A DNA stretch of 55,076 bases from Candidatus Bathyarchaeia archaeon (lineage in GTDB: Archaea > Thermoproteota > Bathyarchaeia > Bathyarchaeales > Bathycorpusculaceae), in NCBI GenBank assembly GCA_050012755.1, contig JBEKGO010000012.1:1-55076 (forward strand). Reading direction: 5' to 3'. The notes under the pieces are model-generated. The model saw nothing but the letters and a program-made list of their open reading frames with translations. It was not told the DNA's origin and searched no databases. A program made the position numbers and the translations under genes. Positions 39,038-48,097 of this stretch are shown here, piece by piece; within the stretch, counting starts at the first letter, position 1; each line of letters begins with the position of its first letter.

Positions 39038-39332
39038 TTTTACGGATTTCCGTTGGCTACGGACTTATGGAGATAACTAGCAGCATTATTTAATTTTTCT
39101 GAAAAGACTAATGCCTTCCTATCCTGTCAGCACAAATTTGAAGCTTTGTTTCTACGATTCTCACAAACCTGAATGGTTGTCGTCAACCGCAAAAACACAT
39201 AGAAACTATCTTAGACAAAGAATCAGCAAAGGAAAACTCCGTAATGATCAAAAATAATGATTAAGAATTCATAATCCTTTACTTGCTTTTCCTCGTTTAA
39301 GAATTATCGCACAAGAACTCCATGTTGACAAT

Positions 39333-39776
39333 GTGTTCGTAGAAAGAGAAAGGCAGTCGGGTAATGATTTGACTAAAAATAATGATAGCAAGAAATTCGA
39401 AGTTATTCTGCTAGAGACATTAGATGAAGCGTTATCCACTTTAGGAGAAACTGTAAAAAAAACAATTTACTTTCACCTCCAGCAAAAATTCCTAATTGCC
39501 AAACAGGAAATCCCATACAAAATCGACGATTTCTCCGACGCCCTTGAACAAATCTTCGGTTCAGGCGCCCGAACATTAGAGATACTAATCATGATGAAAC
39601 TTCATCAAAAAATCAAATCCCGCTACAGATGGGAAGGTCCAAAATGGCTTGTTCCCGAATTGACTTTCAGTCAATATGTAGAATTATTGAAGTCATTTTA
39701 TGAAGATAATGGAAAAATTGGTCAAGTAGAGGTAATAATTGATGCAGGGGAACAAAGACAAGAACAAAGAGCATAA
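39333..39776 (+). CDS. Conserved archaeal signalling-associated hypothetical protein (DUF3227-like)
   Basis: LDEALSTLGE..IYFHL..IP..FSDALEQIFGSGA pattern; upstream of a receiver-domain gene. Confidence 0.7.
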   Translation: MFVERERQSGNDLTKNNDSKKFEVILLETLDEALSTLGETVKKTIYFHLQQKFLIAKQEIPYKIDDFSDALEQIFGSGARTLEILIMMKLHQKIKSRYRWEGPKWLVPELTFSQYVELLKSFYEDNGKIGQVEVIIDAGEQRQEQRA

Positions 39777-39812
39777 AAACTGTTTATTACAGTTAGTTGG
39801 AGGTGAAAAAAT

Positions 39813-40262
39813 TTGGATCGAAATGCCAAAATACTCATTGTAGACGATGACGAAAACATAAGAAACACGATGAAAGCGATACTTGAGGATGAAGGGTACA
39901 TAGTTGATTTGGCAGCCACTGGAAATGAAGCTGTCCAGAAAACTGAGAGAGTCGCTTACAACCTTGCTTTACTAGACATTCGGCTACCCGACATGGAAGG
40001 CGTAGAACTATTGAAACTAATGAAGGACGCTACTCCAAGAACACGCAAAATAATGGTTACAGGATATCCATCTATGCAAAACGCAATCATAGCCTTGAAC
40101 AAGAATGCAGATGCCTATCTGATCAAGCCTGTAAACGTTGAAAAACTTCTAAACACGGTAAAAGAACAACTGCAATTGCAAGAAGAAGAAAGACAATTTA
40201 GCGAACAAAAAGTAGCAGAATTCATTGAAACCAGAGTCAAAGAGTTATCTAGTCCTCTTTAA
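39813..40262 (+). CDS. Response regulator (receiver domain with short helical tail)
   Basis: ILIVDDD, LLDIRLPDMEG, TG, YLIKP. Confidence 0.95.
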   Translation: MDRNAKILIVDDDENIRNTMKAILEDEGYIVDLAATGNEAVQKTERVAYNLALLDIRLPDMEGVELLKLMKDATPRTRKIMVTGYPSMQNAIIALNKNADAYLIKPVNVEKLLNTVKEQLQLQEEERQFSEQKVAEFIETRVKELSSPL

Positions 40263-40406
40263 CACCTCAATCTCCCATTTTATTTTCTTTCCAGATTTTG
40301 TTAATCTGAATTTTTTTGTTTGTTGTTGCTTATGCGCAATCACGCATGTTAATACTGTAAATTTTCAACTTTCCTTCTTGTATATTTTTTAGAGGTGATA
40401 GATTTT

Positions 40407-40568
40407 TTGGAAGAGAAAAAGAAGGGTGAATTTACTATTCAATAGCGGAAGAAGAAAAGAGAAATAATCGAAGAAAGCCATCATCAAGTCAATATTCCGC
40501 CAGATGTTTCTGACGAAGAAAAGAAAGCGATGGAGCAAACAGGTGACGACGCAACATCAGGGGGGTAA
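40407..40568 (+). pseudogene. Small charged ORF interrupted by an in-frame TAG at codon 13
   Basis: GAGGTGA RBS, TTG start; MEEKKKGEFTIQ*RKKKREIIEE...ATSGG*. Confidence 0.45.
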
Positions 40569-40758
40569 ACCAACAATTTCTTGATTTGCCAGCTTTAATC
40601 AGAAAAAACAAAAGCAACCCAATGTCTGGGTTAAGTGCTATATTTTAGACAAAATTTGAGCGGAATGTTTCAAAATCGTAAAAATGATTTTTTAATACTT
40701 TAAGGCAAATCTTTTTAGTAACTTCAAATACATCAATTTAACACGGTGGAGAAATGGT

Positions 40759-41019
40759 TTGATTGAAGACAACATAATCGAAATAGGCAATATTGCACAC
40801 TTTTTCCCCAAGATCAGCGTTGCGGTATTAGACTTAACATTGCCTCTGACAGTTGGCGACCGCATCCTTATCAAAGGACCCACTACCGATTTTGAACAAA
40901 TTGTCGAATCCATTCAAATAGACCGAGCAGCTATTCAACGAGCCGAAGGCGGACAAAGCATCGGATTAAAAGTGGCACTGCCAGTAAGAGAAAAAGATGT
41001 AGTTTACAAGAAACTCTAG
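40759..41019 (+). CDS. Small beta-barrel protein (EF-Tu domain II-like / U32 C-terminal-like)
   Basis: HFFPKISVA, GDRILIKGPTTDFEQIVESIQI, GQSIGLKV..PVRE.D.VYK. Confidence 0.85.
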   Translation: MIEDNIIEIGNIAHFFPKISVAVLDLTLPLTVGDRILIKGPTTDFEQIVESIQIDRAAIQRAEGGQSIGLKVALPVREKDVVYKKL

Positions 41020-41108
41020 CAAATGTTTTGACATTTTACGGACCTCAGAACTGAACTTATAATGCACCCTAAAGATTTAATTCTTGCAAGAATTCAAATT
41101 ATCAAAGA

Positions 41109-41339
41109 GTGATTCAGGATTTGGCTGGTCTTTCTAAAAACCAAAAGAAAATTTTGGAAATGCTAGATATAAAGCCTGATATGACAACCAAGGAAATTGC
41201 CGAGATGCTCTTTGGCAAAATAGTTGAGTACAAATCAAAAGAATATGCTTCCGTTCACCGCAGCCTAATTTCCTTGGAAAAACGGAAACGAATCAAGAGA
41301 ATACAGGTTCAGCTCCGTTGGCAAAACGTGAAACAATAG
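41109..41339 (+). CDS. Small winged-HTH protein
   Basis: LSKNQKKILEML, TTKEIAEML, VHRSLISLEKR. Confidence 0.7.
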   Translation: MIQDLAGLSKNQKKILEMLDIKPDMTTKEIAEMLFGKIVEYKSKEYASVHRSLISLEKRKRIKRIQVQLRWQNVKQ

Positions 41340-41446
41340 AATAAAGCATGTTAACGCATAAAGATGATTAATACTCTGCTTCTTCAACCAGATTATTTAA
41401 AACGATTATGATTGCATTACCCTTTTTGTGGACCAGTGATGTAAAC

Positions 41447-42577
41447 TCAAGGAATTATTTCACAGCCATTGTATTTTACATAATCAAAATCTTTCAGCTT
41501 TATTTTTCCGTTTTTTTGCAATCGCTGAATTCGTGGAATTTCAGTCTTAACGGCCTCCACCAACTCTGCAACTGTGAGGCAAACTTTGTGGTAAGCCGCG
41601 TCGTTCCACCGCTTGGTTATATTAGCGTATAAGCATCTGCCACCGCAGACATTTAGGATTGAACAGTCTATGCATGGCGGTTGTTCAACAAAGATTTTTG
41701 ATAGTTTAAGCGGATCTGCATTGCTTATATGGCCTAAATAGTATTTTTTCATGCCCCACATTGTTGGGCAAGGAATAATGTAACCGTCAGTTTGAATGGC
41801 ATAGTTTATCCAGCCTCCGCCGCATCGCATTAGGCAGTTTTTTTCTTCATTTACAAGGGAATTGGCGATGCCTAGCAAGGGGTAAAGCTTCAAAACGACG
41901 CCCGTCTCCTCCATCTGATCAACCCAGAACTCTGCAAGCCACTTTACGCCTGGAATATAATTTGTTTTTGTCCACTCGTCAAAATTGCGTCTCTGGTAAT
42001 CGTTTCCCCAAAAGCCGGCGTTCAATTGCCAATGTATTGAAGAAAAAGAAAAATCATCGTTTTCTAGAAGCCATCGCACCTGCTTGTAAATATCGGTTTC
42101 CTCCATCACTGTCATTCTAGCGATTAATTCTCCGCTGAAACCGTTTCGTCTTATTAATTTCAGGTTATGGATGACTTTTTGGAAGGTGCCTTTTCCACGG
42201 TAATGATCAGTTAAGGTTTCTTCACCATCTATTGAAACAAGTATTGTGTGAAAACGGTTAACATACTTGGACTCTAACTTGTCAAGCAGCAAGCCGTTTG
42301 TCTGGATCATAAAATGCTTTGGTGTGACGTTATCCATTATCTGTCTGAGCTTGTCTAGAGCAAGTAACGGTTCACCACCGTAGAACGTTAGGACGCATTC
42401 AGGGTCTTTCTCGCAAAACCTACTTAGAGCCTCAGTGTCATAGTTGAATTGAACGGGCAAGTCATAGTCAATTTCAATATCGTCACCAAAATCCTCGTCA
42501 AAATCATCCAAGCTTTCGCCAAAGCAGTACTTGCACTGCAAGTTGCAATGGGACGTGAGGATCACATGAAAGAACAT
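41447..42577 (-). CDS. Radical SAM/SPASM enzyme (resembles the AF0577/TIGR04084 putative peptide-modifying family)
   Basis: CNLQCKYC, FYGGEP, QTNG, SIDG; SPASM cysteines CGGG...PCP...CIDC..NVCGGRC; ends NGCEIIP. Confidence 0.88.
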   Translation of the reverse strand: MFFHVILTSHCNLQCKYCFGESLDDFDEDFGDDIEIDYDLPVQFNYDTEALSRFCEKDPECVLTFYGGEPLLALDKLRQIMDNVTPKHFMIQTNGLLLDKLESKYVNRFHTILVSIDGEETLTDHYRGKGTFQKVIHNLKLIRRNGFSGELIARMTVMEETDIYKQVRWLLENDDFSFSSIHWQLNAGFWGNDYQRRNFDEWTKTNYIPGVKWLAEFWVDQMEETGVVLKLYPLLGIANSLVNEEKNCLMRCGGGWINYAIQTDGYIIPCPTMWGMKKYYLGHISNADPLKLSKIFVEQPPCIDCSILNVCGGRCLYANITKRWNDAAYHKVCLTVAELVEAVKTEIPRIQRLQKNGKIKLKDFDYVKYNGCEIIP

Positions 42578-42601
42578 AGCCTAAATGTGCACAATGCTGC
42601 C

Positions 42602-43951
42602 TTAATAGTATTTTTCCGCCAGCTTCCGCGCTTCCTCATATTCTTCATTCTTTTCTTTGCTTTCATCTTCAGTTTTTTGCTGGGGTTTATCTTTGGAGTT
42701 TTTCTTTTCTTCTTTCATTGCTACTTTCCGGGCCTTCTCAACATAGCTCTTAAGGTCCCTATCTTTGATTGCTTTCTCAGGCAGAGTTTCAGGAGCATAG
42801 ATTAAGGGCAAGACTGCTATGAATAAGAAGAAAGCTCCAAAAGAAAATAGTGCTGAAGTCGCGTTCGAACGATTGAAATAGTTTGATATTTGGTTGCCGA
42901 TAGTGAGATCTAGGAATTTGGAGATGAAAAAGGGCATTACTCCAATTGCGTAATATTTCTCGCTTGATTCACCAAAACTTAAGTCACCCCATAATGTCAA
43001 AATGCACAGGACAAATAGGAAGCCCCATGCAATTCCATCTAAAATTGCATTAAAATAGAGAACAGGTAAACTTGGCAAGGGCGAAAAAATACCTAATACG
43101 GCGGTTCCAAGACCAAGCAAAATAAAACCAGTTACTGCAACTCGTTTTCTCCCCACAGAATCAATGAAAAAGCCGCCAAGTATCGCAAATATCCCAGCAA
43201 AGCCAGTTTGCACTAATGGTAGGTTTTCTGAGCCCGCTAAATTGCTCACAACCCCAGAAGGGGGTGCAACAAGGTAATTTATCAAAGAAAACATTACCCA
43301 AGGTACGAAATACAAGATGAATGAACGCTGACCAAAAATTTTCTTGTAACCTGAAATATCTTTCTTTATCGCCAGCGGTGTGGGAGGAACTTTAGCGGAT
43401 AAGAAAATGATTAATCCAGCTAACCTCAGAATTGCAAGAACAACGCCAAGTATTAGGAGGCTGCTTATTCCCGAAATGCTAAAGGCGACAATTCCAATTC
43501 CGCTTGCAAATAGGGTAATTCCACTTAGGCGTCCACGGCTCTCTACTGGTATGGAAGAAGCGTAACGACCGATACAGGTGGGCATTCCGATGCCTAGAGA
43601 AATACCTAAAAAGAGACCAATCAGGCTGACTTGGGCTATGCTTGATGGATTCACCAAGATGACCGCAAGTGAAGATATTGTGCCAAGAGCCAACCAAATT
43701 ATTAGAAATTGTCTTTGTTGAATTTTTTTTGATACAAAGGTTCCAGCAACTGCTGAAGCAATCAATCCGCCGAAATGTAAGCCCCAAATCAATAGACTTT
43801 GGGAAAAGTTAGGATTAAGATTTGTAACTATTTGTTGGAGCAGAAGAATTAGAACTACATAATACCATATGAAAGAAGTCCCGACTAGTACAATGTCTAT
43901 TAGTGCAGATCGCAACCCAAATCTGAATGGGGTAAGTAGCCTTTTTAGCAT
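42602..43951 (-). CDS. MFS-type membrane protein
   Basis: About 12 TM segments; DSVGRKR motif A, RGRLSG, APETLPE; charged C-terminal tail. Confidence 0.85.
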   Translation of the reverse strand: MLKRLLTPFRFGLRSALIDIVLVGTSFIWYYVVLILLLQQIVTNLNPNFSQSLLIWGLHFGGLIASAVAGTFVSKKIQQRQFLIIWLALGTISSLAVILVNPSSIAQVSLIGLFLGISLGIGMPTCIGRYASSIPVESRGRLSGITLFASGIGIVAFSISGISSLLILGVVLAILRLAGLIIFLSAKVPPTPLAIKKDISGYKKIFGQRSFILYFVPWVMFSLINYLVAPPSGVVSNLAGSENLPLVQTGFAGIFAILGGFFIDSVGRKRVAVTGFILLGLGTAVLGIFSPLPSLPVLYFNAILDGIAWGFLFVLCILTLWGDLSFGESSEKYYAIGVMPFFISKFLDLTIGNQISNYFNRSNATSALFSFGAFFLFIAVLPLIYAPETLPEKAIKDRDLKSYVEKARKVAMKEEKKNSKDKPQQKTEDESKEKNEEYEEARKLAEKYY

Positions 43952-44153
43952 CGAATTTTCATGCTCGAAAATATAGTAAAGATATAGACAATTAAGTATT
44001 TAGTATTAATAATCCATATTTTGTGTCTCGAAGCCACTTTTCAGCTGCCTACACCCGCCTAAAAGTCTTCACCAAAAAACAATATCCGGTATTTTAGCGT
44101 CGGGATAGTATGGTCAAAATGGGGTATCGTTACAAATTAGTCATGACTCTTCC

Positions 44154-44196
44154 GAAAACCTTTTAAGCATATCTGTACAACAGAAATACAGATACA
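44154..44196 (+). promoter_or_regulatory. BRE/TATA promoter of the peptide ORF, with an inverted repeat over the predicted start site
   Basis: GAAAACC-TTTTAAG followed by TATCTGTA-N9-TACAGATA. Confidence 0.6.
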
Positions 44197-44222
44197 AAAG
44201 AAAAGGAGAAGTGCTTCCATCA

Positions 44223-44261
44223 ATGCGCGTTAGACCAATTAGAGCAAAGTATTGGGGATAA
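44223..44261 (+). CDS. Putative precursor peptide MRVRPIRAKYWG (MLPSMRVRPIRAKYWG if started at GTG 44211)
   Basis: Promoter, AGGAG RBS, then a TTGGGG/CCCCAA hairpin and T-tract; lies between the MFS gene and the prenyltransferase-like gene. Confidence 0.6.
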   Translation: MRVRPIRAKYWG

Positions 44262-44286
44262 TTAAGCCCCAATTTTCCATTTTTGT

Positions 44287-45276
44287 TTAGAGATCCTCTA
44301 CTGTTGACTCTAGCAATAGCTCTAAAATTTCTTTATTAACCTTCAGGTAATTCAAATTGCCAATTTCCTCTTTTATCATTTTCTTCATGCGATCAACCAA
44401 GTCTCTGCTTGATTGGCAATCCATCGAAAGATCCAATATCTTTTCAATATTTTCGGTAGTAATTTCATTTTTCAGAATATTTTCAAGTTGCCCATTTCTT
44501 TTTTTCTCTTGAAGAGCAAGCAAAATTGGAAGAGGCAAACATTCGTTTGCAAGTCTATTTCTGACTTCTTCAACCTCAAAAACATCTACAAATTCATCTC
44601 TTAAGGATAATAGTACTCCATAGGTCCTGCCATAATGGCTTAGAATATCGATTTCCTTTGGAGATCCCTTGCCTATAACTGCGCCGATTCTCATTGTTGC
44701 CTCAACGGTTGCTACTTTTTGCCTAACAATTGAAAGAAAATCATCTAACGAAATTGTAGTTTCCCTCCTTAGACTTGCCTCCTTTGCTACGCCGCTGCTC
44801 ATTTCAAAAAAAGTCCTCTTAATTGAATCAAAAATTACATCCTCTTCATTTTTACTCAAGTTCCTGCATCCTTCCCTAAGCAGGTAAAATCCCTTCAAAA
44901 GCAAAGCATCTCCTGCCAATATTGCAATGTCCTGACCGTATTTTCCAAAAACCGTTGGTTTTGATCCTTTATCTACAGATTTGTCCATAATATCGTCATG
45001 AATGTCTGCAGCTCCAGCCAGCAAGACAATTGCGGCACCAATCTTCACAGTTTCACTTCTATCGCCGCCCACGGCCTCACAAGCAAGAGAAACTAAGGCT
45101 GGGTGAAGAACATCAAAGAATTCCCCAAGGAAATACTCCAAAGCCTCCCTTAGAGGCTTAAAATCAATCTTTTCTTCAAGCACGTAGTCTTTTGAGAATT
45201 TCAAAGATTCTTGACCATACGTACCTAAAATAATGTTTACTTTATCCCACAACTTTTCCTTAGGCAAATTAACCAT
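44287..45276 (-). CDS. Polyprenyl-synthase-fold protein with degenerate IPP site (ComQ-like prenyltransferase candidate)
   Basis: First Asp-rich motif HDDIMD, AILAGDALL and LPLPIL retained. GKRxRP replaced by DVLHP; RRG absent; second motif reads RDEFVD. Confidence 0.85.
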   Translation of the reverse strand: MVNLPKEKLWDKVNIILGTYGQESLKFSKDYVLEEKIDFKPLREALEYFLGEFFDVLHPALVSLACEAVGGDRSETVKIGAAIVLLAGAADIHDDIMDKSVDKGSKPTVFGKYGQDIAILAGDALLLKGFYLLREGCRNLSKNEEDVIFDSIKRTFFEMSSGVAKEASLRRETTISLDDFLSIVRQKVATVEATMRIGAVIGKGSPKEIDILSHYGRTYGVLLSLRDEFVDVFEVEEVRNRLANECLPLPILLALQEKKRNGQLENILKNEITTENIEKILDLSMDCQSSRDLVDRMKKMIKEEIGNLNYLKVNKEILELLLESTVEDL

Positions 45277-45416
45277 CGAATTCTATTCTGTATGTATCTG
45301 TTATTTGTCTTTTTAGGTTACAACTTTGAAAGCTTAAGTCACCCTTTCTTTGGGGATCCCCAATTTATGTTTTAAATCAGAAATTCTCATTTGGTCCAAC
45401 GGCTTAAATGCAGTTG

Positions 45417-46517
45417 TCAACCGAGCACTTTCCCAACATACGGTATTTTTTTCAGCGGAACAATCACTGCCAAGCAAATAAACAATGTCAAGGCTGTAAT
45501 TAGTGGTATTTCTATAACGGGGTTTATTGTGGTCACGCTTATTTTGAAGCCTAAATATCCTTTTTGAAGGGTTTCCAAAACCATTACATGGAATAAATAG
45601 ATAGGCAGAGTGTTTTGACTAATAACTTGAATTATACGAGTTGTGCGCGGAACCCGAATCGCTTGCTCGGCAGCCCCAGATACCAACGTTTTCGGATGTT
45701 GGATGGTTGACAACATAAGAAAGAAAACGACTGAAGTAATTATGACGTTGACGCTGGAGGCGTCAAAAAAGAATTGACTGTAGCGTTCTCCCAAAGTACC
45801 GACTATAATATAAGTTCCAATAATGGTCCAAACTAAACTTACAGCAAAAATCAAATACAATATTGAAGGACGTATTTTCATTTTAGCTATATAGGCGCCT
45901 AAAACAAAGTATCCTATCAGACCGGTCAGAATAAAAACTGTTGCCTGGAACCATGTTATTTGAGCGCTAATACCTTGATATAAACCAAAAAGAGGTATAA
46001 TGCCTGTTCCTACAAACCAAATAACTAGTAAATACTTGACAATGTTCCAGTTAGCATAAGTTACGATTACACGTAAGACCGGCGTTAGAAGGTATAAGCC
46101 GATTAAAGCGTAAAGATACCAAAAGTGATAGTAAGGTCCCGCAAGAATACCCTGTATGATTGAATTTGAAGTGAGCACCTCAGAATTAACGAAGTATCGC
46201 CAAGCAAAATATGCTGCACCCCAAAAAATTATGGGTAAACCAATTCGATTGAATCTTTTTTTGAAAAACACCTTGAGCGGCTCATTTACTTTGGCTGGTT
46301 GCAAAAGTAGAGCGCCGGTTAACATGACAAATAATGGTACCGCTGATCGAGCCAAGGAGTTGTAAATATCCGAAGCCCACCAGATTTGCACCCCTTGCGG
46401 CGACATAATATCAATATTGGGAGTTGCTTCTATCGACGCATGAAGCAAAATCACCAAAATGATAGCTATTGTACGAATCAGATCTACTGGAAGCGAGATG
46501 CGCCCATTCGGGTACAA
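45417..46517 (-). CDS. Acyltransferase-3 family membrane acyltransferase
   Basis: DLIRTIAIILVILLHA, AVPLFVMLTGALL, FFKKRFNR, HFWYLY, IYLFH. Confidence 0.92.
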   Translation of the reverse strand: MYPNGRISLPVDLIRTIAIILVILLHASIEATPNIDIMSPQGVQIWWASDIYNSLARSAVPLFVMLTGALLLQPAKVNEPLKVFFKKRFNRIGLPIIFWGAAYFAWRYFVNSEVLTSNSIIQGILAGPYYHFWYLYALIGLYLLTPVLRVIVTYANWNIVKYLLVIWFVGTGIIPLFGLYQGISAQITWFQATVFILTGLIGYFVLGAYIAKMKIRPSILYLIFAVSLVWTIIGTYIIVGTLGERYSQFFFDASSVNVIITSVVFFLMLSTIQHPKTLVSGAAEQAIRVPRTTRIIQVISQNTLPIYLFHVMVLETLQKGYLGFKISVTTINPVIEIPLITALTLFICLAVIVPLKKIPYVGKVLG

Positions 46518-46850
46518 TAGCAGTCGCCTTAAAATCTCTACAATGCTATAGGAAAGAGTTGCTATAAAATACTTTCCATTATAACATCAAAATGTTTACA
46601 GACATGAGGGCGATCAGACTCCCGAAAAAATAGGTCCAAAAAACCTAAAAATTGATTGCCAATGCTCATGCAACGGATTGTAGAGGATGCTCGGTCTAAA
46701 AGTCTTTTCTTCGTGTGTATTTCCTTCAACTTTTGCCTTTCTTGCTTGAGTACAATAATGGAGGATTGCCGTTATTTACAAGCAAAAGAAAGATAAAGTA
46801 ATACGCACACAAGAATATCACCCTGAAAACCCCTTCTCTTTTCATCATGT

Positions 46851-46964
46851 TGGTGCAGGGGGTGGGATTTGAACCCACGAACCTCTACAGGATAGGCTCC
46901 TGAAGCTAACGCGTCGCTTTAAAAAGGCGGCTCTACGCCTTTGACCATGCTCGGCGACCCCTGC
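46851..46964 (-). tRNA. tRNA-Leu(CAG) with 26-nt intron at 29/30, CCA encoded
   Basis: Acceptor GCAGGGG/CCCCTGC and long variable arm. Removing 46907-46932 restores the anticodon arm TAGGC-TTCAGGA-GCCTA. Confidence 0.92.
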
Positions 46965-47066
46965 GTTTAACGTTGTATCAAAATTGGTTCTTAACGATAA
47001 ATAGGTTTTCACCGTATCATGGCTGTCAAATGTCTCTGTTTTTAAGATTTTGCATTTTTGATTTTT

Positions 47067-47327
47067 TCAATTAATTTGGGTTTCCTCTTCTGAGGGATGC
47101 GTGATAGCGCTTGCAGGACAGATATCTTCGCAACCTCTACACATAACCACGCATGCATTTTGGTTCATTACAACCGTTTTCTTTTTTCCATTAATCTCTT
47201 CAAATCCAAAAGCACTCATATGGCAAAAATCTACGCATTTTCCACAGCTTACACATTTTTCATAATTGATTTTTGGACTCCACGGTATTTTGCTTCTTGG
47301 AATGCCATCATATGTTTCTTCAGACAT
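47067..47327 (-). CDS. 2[4Fe-4S] ferredoxin
   Basis: CVSCGKCVDFC and CVVMCRGCEDICP. Confidence 0.92.
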   Translation of the reverse strand: MSEETYDGIPRSKIPWSPKINYEKCVSCGKCVDFCHMSAFGFEEINGKKKTVVMNQNACVVMCRGCEDICPASAITHPSEEETQIN

Positions 47328-47356
47328 GGTTGCCGCCTTTCTTTTGTTAGAAGGAG

Positions 47357-47430
47357 GGCCGGGGCAGGGATTTGAACCCTGGCAAAAGGCTCCACAGGCC
47401 TCTAGGCTACCAAGCTACCTCACCCCGGCC
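47357..47430 (-). tRNA. tRNA-His(GUG) with encoded G-1
   Basis: Acceptor GCCGGGG/CCCCGGC with C73; anticodon arm GAGGC-CTGTGGA-GCCTT; extra 5' G at 47430. Confidence 0.95.
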
Positions 47431-47591
47431 ACTTTTCGATGTTTTTAACTATTTTGCCCGCCTATGATGGCTTGGTTATTGTTATTTTCTTTTTCTCAGG
47501 AATATTAAGTTGTCCTTCTGGCAAACATATTCAATTCAAATCTAGGAGGCTTTTTACTTTTTGATGGTTTTGCGAGAATTCGCCTCAAGGC

Positions 47592-47933
47592 TTTCTCGTT
47601 TCAGGCAAAAGCATTCAAGGCAACATGCTTACGTACAGTTTTATGGTGCCAACATTCGAAGCTTATCAGGGTATAATAGGAGACCTCAAAAAAGCTGGCT
47701 ACCACGTTAACATCCGAAAGGTGGGCAAGTTTGAACAGCATATTGACGTTTTAACTGAGAATCAAGAGCGTATCTTTTGGCTTGCATTGAAAAGTGGGTT
47801 TTTTGATTATCCACGGCAAATAGGCATGGCTGAGCTGGCTACTAAACTGGGAATTAGTCCTGCAACGCTATCAGAGATTGTTCGAAGAGGAACAAGAAGA
47901 TTACTCGAGCATTACTTCAAACGGGAACTATAA
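47592..47933 (+). pseudogene. HTH_10 (Bat-type) regulator, probably 5'-truncated
   Basis: LTENQERI..ALKSGFFDYPR..ELATKLGISPATLSEIVRR. Protein-like frame (FLVSGKSIQGN) continues upstream of the ATG at 47625 with no start codon before a stop. Confidence 0.6.
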
Positions 47934-48097
47934 CTATTTTAAGCCAAAAGTTGGGTTTTGTTTACTAGCTACTTTTACGGTTGACAAGAAATGGGGTTTT
48001 CTCATTACAGAAAAAGGCAAATCAATTCTCTGTAGCAAATCTATTAAAGACTTTTCAGCTATATCTTTCTCTGTGGGCTATTCGAGATTGATTTGCA

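Noticed and set aside
39333-40262. Response regulator as the ComA-equivalent of the peptide locus
   Set aside because: It is about 4 kb from the peptide gene, lacks a DNA-binding domain and has no adjacent kinase; nothing in the sequence links it.
38959-46964. tRNA-bounded integrated element containing the peptide cluster
   Set aside because: No integrase gene and no duplicated tRNA 3' end (att site) found by eye.
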